A DNA stretch of 63,387 bases, the filler included, from Folioceros fuciformis (taxonomy: Eukaryota): the NCBI GenBank assembly GCA_049999805.1. It is 12 parts of 12 records of this genome, joined end to end, with 100 filler letters (N's around TTAATTAATTAA, not from the genome) between each part and the next. Parts side by side here need not be neighbours in the genome. Positions count along the whole stretch, not along the records: positions 50,823 to 59,297 come from JBNGIO010001844.1; positions 59,398 to 60,881 come from JBNGIO010001845.1; positions 60,982 to 63,387 come from JBNGIO010001846.1; 9 more parts are not named here. One strand, 5' to 3'. The notes beneath the pieces are model-generated. The model was not told where the DNA came from. It was given only the letters and a program-made list of their open reading frames with translations, and did no database searches. Shown here in pieces: positions 56,600 through 63,387 of this stretch. Positions within the stretch are counted from its first letter, which is position 1; the number at the start of each line of letters is the position of its first letter. The position numbers were made by a program, and so were the translations under genes.

Positions 56600-58297
56600 T
56601 CAAGACCCACAAAATCTTGGTTGGACAACCAGAGCAGAGTTATGTAAATCGAATCCCATGTCAAACTCTTGCTGTTGGAAGTTGCCAATGACAGAGAGAC
56701 GAGCCTTATCTCCTGAAGACAAAACAGCTAGACAAACTATCTGTGCATCGATAAGGAAATAGCTATTCTGAGTTGGAACATGCCATAAGGATTTGTGAGA
56801 TTTGAATGCAATGTTTGGGAGCTGAATTTGTTGGATTCCAGTGATGTTGTAGCACACGGGGAAGCCCATACTAGAATGTGCCCGAGGGTAGGTGATGAGA
56901 CTGGTTACTCTGGCTACAAGAATGGAGTACACTTCATGAGCCAAATGTGTGAAGGGAGTATTGGTATCAATAATCACACCACCTTCACCTTCAGCATCTA
57001 TGTCAAATATCCCAATAGGCAAGGGTAAATTGACTCCATTGACGTGCAATCCGGAAAGTGCCACATAATAGAAGTCCTTGTGAAATGGGTTCACAATCAA
57101 TGGTGCTGAAAAGTAATGGGGATCGTCCAATGACAAGAATCTTTGTATTGCATTTGCACCCACCACCAAAGAGCTGTGTCTCGTCTTATCCAATGTATCA
57201 CTTAAGGTGACAAAACAATATGAAAATTGAGTAGCATTCAGTTGTGAGATGAGAGACAATGGTCCTCGCCCAAGGCCGAGATATCCTCCAGCTCCACTTG
57301 GGAATGTGCCCCGATTGTAAACCCCACAACCAAATTGAAATTTTGAAGAGAGTGATTGTATCCGTCCTCCTTCTTTTGTGATGGACAAAGTGTCTGTGGA
57401 GAAATTCCCTATTGTAGAGGTACTTTGGGAGTAATCAAGTTTGTAGACACAAGTCTTGTCAATCAAACAAGAGAGATGTTGAGGATGGATCAAATTATCT
57501 AATTGCTCACATTCATTAGACTGGCAATCAACTTTCTGGAAAGTAGAAGAAGACGAAATATTGAATAAGGCATCCTTTTGCAAATAACAAGATGAGCAAG
57601 GAATACATTGAAGCCATACAAAGCTACTACTTACATCCACTATAAGGTTGAGCCTTTGAGCTGGTGTACCGATCATAACATTAGCTCTATAGATCCCTGA
57701 CGTGTAAGTTATAGAAGAGACATATGAACTAGGTGGGATTGGTGGTGGTTTATCATCAAAAGTAGCTATAGTAGATGTTGTTTGCTTGTAACTTCTACTT
57801 TGGGTATTAATTTGGAGCATATTATTTCTGTGAGTACTGGTCTCTAGACGCTTTCTCCATGCTTTCTTAGCACTTCTAGCCTCCACAATCACATGATCTA
57901 CTTGTAATCTAAACATTGGTTCAGTTGTAAGATTTTTCTCATCTTTCAATTGTTCCAAAGACTTGGTGAGGGGCAAATTTGATGAACTTAAAGATGGAGA
58001 GGAAGTTGCAAATGACTGAGATTCGGACAAGCTTTGAGATGGGGGCACAAACGCAAAGGTTGACATTGACTTAGGAGATGGTGGTACAAACATAAAGGTT
58101 GACAATGGCTCAGATTCTGATAAACCATGAGAGGGGGGTACAACCGTGGAAGTCCAAATTGGCTTGGATTCTGGTGAATCTTGAGATGGGAATGTATGCA
58201 TAGACGGCGAGAATGAATCCGATTTTGACATTCCAAAACCATTACACTGCATCACAACCAGAGTAAAGAAAAGTGGATACATATCCATAAAAATCAT
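56600..58297 (-). CDS. Nepenthesin/CDR1-like A1 aspartic protease homolog with atypical catalytic motifs, intronless
   Basis: GIYRANVMIGTPAQ..IVDVSSSFVWLQCIPCSSCY.QKDALFN.SSSSTF, FQFGCG, LGLGRGPLSLISQL, FSYC, FYYVALSG, GGVIIDTNT, SVIGNFQQQ..FD; likely ATG at 58297 with signal peptide. Confidence 0.9.
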   Translation of the reverse strand: MIFMDMYPLFFTLVVMQCNGFGMSKSDSFSPSMHTFPSQDSPESKPIWTSTVVPPSHGLSESEPLSTFMFVPPSPKSMSTFAFVPPSQSLSESQSFATSSPSLSSSNLPLTKSLEQLKDEKNLTTEPMFRLQVDHVIVEARSAKKAWRKRLETSTHRNNMLQINTQSRSYKQTTSTIATFDDKPPPIPPSSYVSSITYTSGIYRANVMIGTPAQRLNLIVDVSSSFVWLQCIPCSSCYLQKDALFNISSSSTFQKVDCQSNECEQLDNLIHPQHLSCLIDKTCVYKLDYSQSTSTIGNFSTDTLSITKEGGRIQSLSSKFQFGCGVYNRGTFPSGAGGYLGLGRGPLSLISQLNATQFSYCFVTLSDTLDKTRHSSLVVGANAIQRFLSLDDPHYFSAPLIVNPFHKDFYYVALSGLHVNGVNLPLPIGIFDIDAEGEGGVIIDTNTPFTHLAHEVYSILVARVTSLITYPRAHSSMGFPVCYNITGIQQIQLPNIAFKSHKSLWHVPTQNSYFLIDAQIVCLAVLSSGDKARLSVIGNFQQQEFDMGFDLHNSALVVQPRFCGS

Positions 58298-58822
58298 GGT
58301 GGTTGCTCCAGTGTACCCACACAAACAAAATTTCCTACCAATCAAGTCCCCCAAGAAAGACGGAATTCTAAGGTCAGCTAAAGAGGGCTGTCAGAAAAGT
58401 AATTCAGACAATGGAATACCTTGGACGTTGTAAATGGCAGAGCTAAGTCCGCAATAAATATGCAGAGTGTCGAAGCATGAGCATACATGACAGCAGAAAA
58501 GCTATGGTATAACGTACTGCGGCCTCGGGAATTGCAAGGATTCCATATTCCCTATTCTGTGATACTGTACTATGCTGTATCTTCTTCAACCACACGATCA
58601 GAGCCGCTCAGACTGCCGCGACTATAGAAGACTGGGTGCTCAGAGGCCAAAGAACAAAAAACCAGGATCAGGCTAACGTGTGTGCATCTCTTTCGGCTCA
58701 GGTGTTTGTCTCTCTGTCAAATCATCTCTGCTGACTCCTTGATAACACGACAAGCATAACGTAACTTTGACTCCTCATCTACCGAACAGAATATTTCAGA
58801 GCTACAAGTAGAGGTATATGTA

Positions 58823-59259
58823 TCATACTGCCAGTGGCACGGATGCCTTCTCCCAAGGCAAAACATTCTTCTTCGTACTTATGTAGCTCAGATACTCCTT
58901 CCTGCACATGACAGCGGCACCGGGGTCAGGAGACTGAAAGGTTGGAATGAGGGAGCGAAATGGGAGTCATGGTCCTCACCTTATAGGAAGATCCTCCTGA
59001 GGACGATTATACGGTGTCCAGACAGGTTCCCCAACGAACAACCGCACAGCCTGCATCGCCAGGCAGTTCACATTGAGATATCTGCGCCAGGAGCAGTTGT
59101 CCTCAGAAGAAGGAGACTCGAGCAGCAGGCATACCTTGATGTAGTTGTTCGAGTCTAGCGTGAAACGGTGATACATCCCAGCTGGTAGCACGATCATTCC
59201 CCCTTTCCTAACCGCAACACGGATCCACTGGTCATCGAAATCCCGGACATCGAAATATC
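58823..59259 (-). CDS. ARD: Acireductone dioxygenase (methionine salvage), last three exons 59259-59135, 59050-58980, 58901-58823
   Basis: [68 protein letters not shown] introns. Confidence 0.95.
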
Positions 59260-60823
59260 CTGTCCCCCAGATCCAGAGAGAATTTAGTCCTCCCCACNNN
59301 NNNNNNNNNNNNNNNNNNNNNNNNNNNNNNNNNNNNNNNNNTTAATTAATTAANNNNNNNNNNNNNNNNNNNNNNNNNNNNNNNNNNNNNNNNNNNNCGG
59401 TCCACGGAGATCATAAGAGAGCTTGCCTTACAGCGTGAGTATTGTGTGCAATGGTTGAAAGTATGTTGTCAGGTTGACGTCGAGAGCGAACAAGAATTAG
59501 CCTGTGGTGAATGTTGTTAAATGTTGTTCGTGGGAGTTTGGCTTAGGACCTTCAGAAATTCCTTATGGGTTGGCTTTCGACAAGCAGGAATCCTCCAGCG
59601 CACGAGCAGACCAAAAACAGCAAGGCACACACCGGATCCATGGAGGAGCTTCTACTCAAGCTGGAATGAATACGGTATGCATGTAAAAGAAGATAAGAGA
59701 GTCCCCACCTATGAAATACCAATACGGTCAAGAACTCGTTTTGCCCTCCTTATATATGGTCCAAATTTTTGGATATCACCAACCTGCCCACGTCAGTAGT
59801 AATAGGCCACCATCTGGGCGCCCAAATTTTTGGACGTCACAAACCTGCCCACATTAGTAGTAGGCCCATTTGGGTGACAAACATAGGGTAGGGACATAGT
59901 AATTTTTAAACGGCTCTCATATGATTTTGTTTTGGACACGTCTTAGTCACTCTATCAAATAGGGTTCCTAGCGAACCTTGCCCTACATGGAGTCGCTCAT
60001 AGTCGTTTTCTATTGAAGACAGTAAATGTTAGGATTTTGCCAACCATCATTTTTATCATTTGCACACAATTCTTCGATGGCAATAAAGCCTGGGAGTGGA
60101 GTAGGATGGGAATAAGACTTTTGAAAATGATTGTAGGATGGGAATAAGACTTTTGAAAATGATTTGTAAGTGGTGATGACGGACGCCTCAGATTTCTACA
60201 CATCTCCAAAAACCTAAGTGCCACTTAGAAGCATCCATTCATTCGAGATACTGAGCAATCCTTGCTAGAGGGAAAGAAAATACCTCCTAACAAAGGACCT
60301 CTAGCTTGCGACAGTTTTTCTAAGGAACCTTCAGTATTCGATGCATAGCCTCAAAGGCATGGAGACCAAATCAACTCCTAAGCATACACAACTTTTTTGG
60401 CCGCAAGTTGGAGGTTGGGGGGAACGAGGATAGCAGGCATAAATTACTCCACATCTTGCTGGTGTGCAGTAGTTTATGCTTGAACACATCCTCCTCCCTA
60501 GTGATCTCCTCTTGATGCATGTGTTTGCTTGGTTAAAGATTGTAGTGTGACACGAACCCTAAAAAACAAAAGGTTGTATCTACATTGGTCCACAAGCCCA
60601 ATACAACAACAACAAAAACATTTGTGTACACTATGGCAATGTAGAGTATTGAAATATGTGAGAAATTCATGAGTACAGGAGAAAAAGAGTAAAAAGATTG
60701 TGTGTGACACATGTTTGTATCGGTATTTCATACCCACCCCTTGTCTTTCTTTCATTTTTTTCACTACATAAACCCTTTATAGTGCCAGAAAGATGAAAAA
60801 AAAACCATTCTTTAAGGCACATC

Positions 60824-60881
60824 TATTATTTTTTTATTTATCATTAGGCGTATGCAGTCGTGAGGCTATGACGCCGGAACG
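60824..60881 (-). mobile_element. 3' tail of the same I-group-like LINE family as 17622-18200
   Basis: TTTATTTATCATTAGGCGTATGCAG.CGTGAGGCTATGA.GCCGGAACG shared with 17627-17675 (two substitutions). Confidence 0.8.
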
Positions 60882-60981
60882 NNNNNNNNNNNNNNNNNNN
60901 NNNNNNNNNNNNNNNNNNNNNNNNNTTAATTAATTAANNNNNNNNNNNNNNNNNNNNNNNNNNNNNNNNNNNNNNNNNNNN

Positions 60982-62880
60982 GGAATGTACGACCCCAAGA
61001 AAGATGTAGAATTGTATTGTGATGCCTCATATAAGACCATACATGGAGTTTTGGTGCAAAACTAAGTCACTAGCTTTTGAGTGAAGGAAGTTGCATCCTT
61101 ATGAGAAGGAAATGATTGCTATCATCCATTCTAAAGGCTCAAAGACACTATCTCTTGTGCAGGTCTTCTATGTTGCATATTGATAATATCAGTACAACAT
61201 CCTTTTTAAATAAATGAAGTTGAACATGAGACAAGCTAGATGGTAGGATTTCCTAGCTATGTATGATGTGACTCTAAAATATAAACCTAGAAATAAGAAT
61301 AAGGTTGTAGATGTGATGAGACGTAAGTAGAGTTAAAAACTGAGGACAATGACAAGTGTGATTGAACCTATGGATACTCATGAAGAGATTAAAGAAGCGT
61401 ATCTGCAAGATCTTGCATGATCATGAAGTATAGGACATTATGAATGAGGTGGTAGAGCAAACTTAGAGATGGTTTAACGAGTTGTGATCCCTGGCTCTAT
61501 AGCCTTGAAGAGAAAATTACATGCTAAAGGTCATGATGTGCCAACTGCTGGTCACTGTGGAGGTGATTTAAGTTGAAGAAGCTATTTACTAGCTAGTAAT
61601 GTATCAACGTAAATTTGACCATGCCAAGACATGTGCGATTTGTTAGTAGATATGTGCGATTTGTTAGTAGGATAAGGTCTCTAGAGTAGGCTAAGCTGCG
61701 ATTTGTTAGTAGGATAAGGTAGAGTAGGCTAAGCTGAGAGGTTCGTTATAACCCTAACTATTCTAAGAGGGCCATGGAAAAGTATTTCTATGGACTTTGT
61801 CATGTCCTTGCCTCCTGGTAATGGTTTTACAACTACATAAAAGTGGTGGATAGATTCACTAGGCAAGCGCACTTCATCCCCACCACGTTGCAAGTTGTTG
61901 AGATGTCACCCCCGCCATGCTCAAAAGAGGTTAAAACAAGTTAGTTGAAGCGGTTAAAACAAGTTAGTTGAAGCAAGATGCAGAATCCCAAAAATAAGAG
62001 CACTATAACAAGGCTCTTAAACTAAAGGAGAATTACAAATACAACACAATACAAGTGAAGAGGGAGTTAGACTACAAATACTAGGTGGGTTCATCCCTTC
62101 TTTTATGGACCTATGGGTGGCACTCTCATTTCGTGCCCAATATGGGATAAATGACCCCAAACCCTACAATACCTTTTTGCCTAACATAACAAAGTCTAAT
62201 AAGCTATATATATATATATATTAATCATAACCTTAATCACTCTTACCACTAATTAGTGCAAACTCAATAAGCTGGATTAGCACTAATTAATCTCAACATT
62301 AATCATGCTTAACACAAGTGACCATTTCTAGGGCAGCCAACTTATTCAAAAAGTATGTGTACAAGTATCGTGGCTTGTTTGTGCAAATTGTGAGTGATAA
62401 ACATCATAGATTCACAAGAGAATGTGGCAGCACTTATGAGAAGTTTGAATGTGGAATGCATACTATTCAGATTCTAATGGATTAATTGAGCAAGTCAACT
62501 AAATCGAAGAAGAGTATTTGAGGCATTATGTGTAGATTGATTGTAGAGATTGGGCTAAACAACTTAATGATGTAGAGTTTTGTTACAACAACATCGTACA
62601 CGGTTCCTTGGGATATAGTTTCTTCGAGATGAGAAATTCAGCGTTGGACCAACCCTCACATTCACTCTAGATTAATGGCTCATCAGATACTTATCAAGAC
62701 TGAAAAGGGCAATTTGCTTGGTGATAGCAAGGTTGGCCATAGGAAACAGCCTTTGCAGCTAGTACTCAACCTCCCTCTAGACCCCTTGGGCATACTTACA
62801 GTGAAAAAACATATATTGGCTTTAGTGGGGCCCTTGGAATATTTGGTTATCTTTGTTACATACACTAACTCATGATACAC
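60982..62880 (+). mobile_element. Highly degenerate Ty3/Gypsy pol (RNase H-integrase)
   Basis: LYCDAS, YEKEMIAIIH, LNMRQARW*DFL..YKP.NKNKVVD, HDVPTAGH, PWKSISMDFVMSLP..VVDRF..AHFIP, IVSD..RF, GPLE fragments. Confidence 0.85.
61896..62314 (-). mobile_element. Solo LTR (419 bp) with 5-bp TSD, inserted in the Gypsy integrase
   Basis: TGTTG...TAACA termini flanked by CAAGT at 61891-61895 and 62315-62319. Confidence 0.92.
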
Positions 62881-63120
62881 TCACTAGGTTAACCACCATG
62901 TTTGGGTTTAAGTAAAACATAATAGTATAAATCAGTTATTTATTTCGAGGTTAAGACGATTACTCAACACACTTTGTAAGACACTCTTGTTTGTATTGAC
63001 ATATCTTTCTTTCGTGAACACGTGTGCGTGTGCTCTATGGAGCGATTCTTCCAACCAAGAACCACTAAAAAGGCCACATTAATCCCTATTGTTGTTGCAG
63101 TCCTAGAATCCGCTCCCAAG

Positions 63121-63387
63121 TGTTAAGCATGATTAATGTTGAAATTAATTAGTGCTAATCCAGCTTATTGAGTTTGTACTAATTAGTGGAAAGAGTGATT
63201 AAGGTTATGATTAATATATATATATAGCTTATTAGACTTTGCTATGTTAGGCAAAAAAAAGTATTGTAGGGTTTGAGGTCATTTATCCCATATTGGGCAC
63301 GAAATGAGAGTGCCACCCATAGGTCCATAAAAGAAGGGATGAACCCACTTAGTATATGTAGTCTAACTCCCTCTTCACTTGTATTGT
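63121..63387 (+). mobile_element. Second copy of the same LTR in opposite orientation, running off the window
   Basis: Near-exact reverse complement of ~62045-62314, starting TGTTAAGCATG; inserted into a remnant (63036-63120) of the 27792-type LTR. Confidence 0.9.

Noticed and set aside
7576-60981. Recurring TTAATTAATTAA flanked by Ns, and any gene-cluster reading across it
   Set aside because: Identical 100-bp artificial linker with six-frame stops. The contigs need not be neighbours, so co-occurrence of CRY, CNGC, ICME, ARD and others across linkers is not evidence of a system.

Overview
Eukaryotic land-plant genomic DNA. The short spliceosomal introns, compact genes and TE types are consistent with a non-seed plant, but the taxon cannot be fixed from sequence alone. 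The window is not contiguous: 12 contigs are joined by eleven identical artificial 100-bp linkers (44 N + TTAATTAATTAA + 44 N), so neighbourhood across linkers means nothing. Much of the window is decayed, nested transposable elements: several Ty1/Copia copies, Ty3/Gypsy (chromovirus) fragments, solo LTRs, L1-type LINEs, an I-group-like LINE 3' end, a probable CRE-like RT fragment and a putative DNA transposon. Host genes: a Gnk2/DUF26 secreted protein, a plant cryptochrome, a group IV-A (AGN-filter) CNGC, an intronless ICME esterase, a MOS11/THO1-like gene, a small conserved 'MCPLR...DMASGRYLW' protein, a CASP-like protein, an atypical nepenthesin-type aspartic protease and the 3' end of an acireductone dioxygenase. 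Most notable: (i) an array of four 36-bp palindromes at exact 62-bp period with diverged 26-bp spacers (20349-20570), one spacer sharing 16 bp with the adjacent Gypsy element, and the same palindrome recurring in a second contig beside a decayed unknown ORF; (ii) a Copia element with an extra ORF between its PBS and gag and a ~2-kb repetitive insert between gag and protease; (iii) a heptad-repeat insertion in the CNGC nucleotide-binding domain; (iv) non-canonical catalytic motifs in the aspartic protease.
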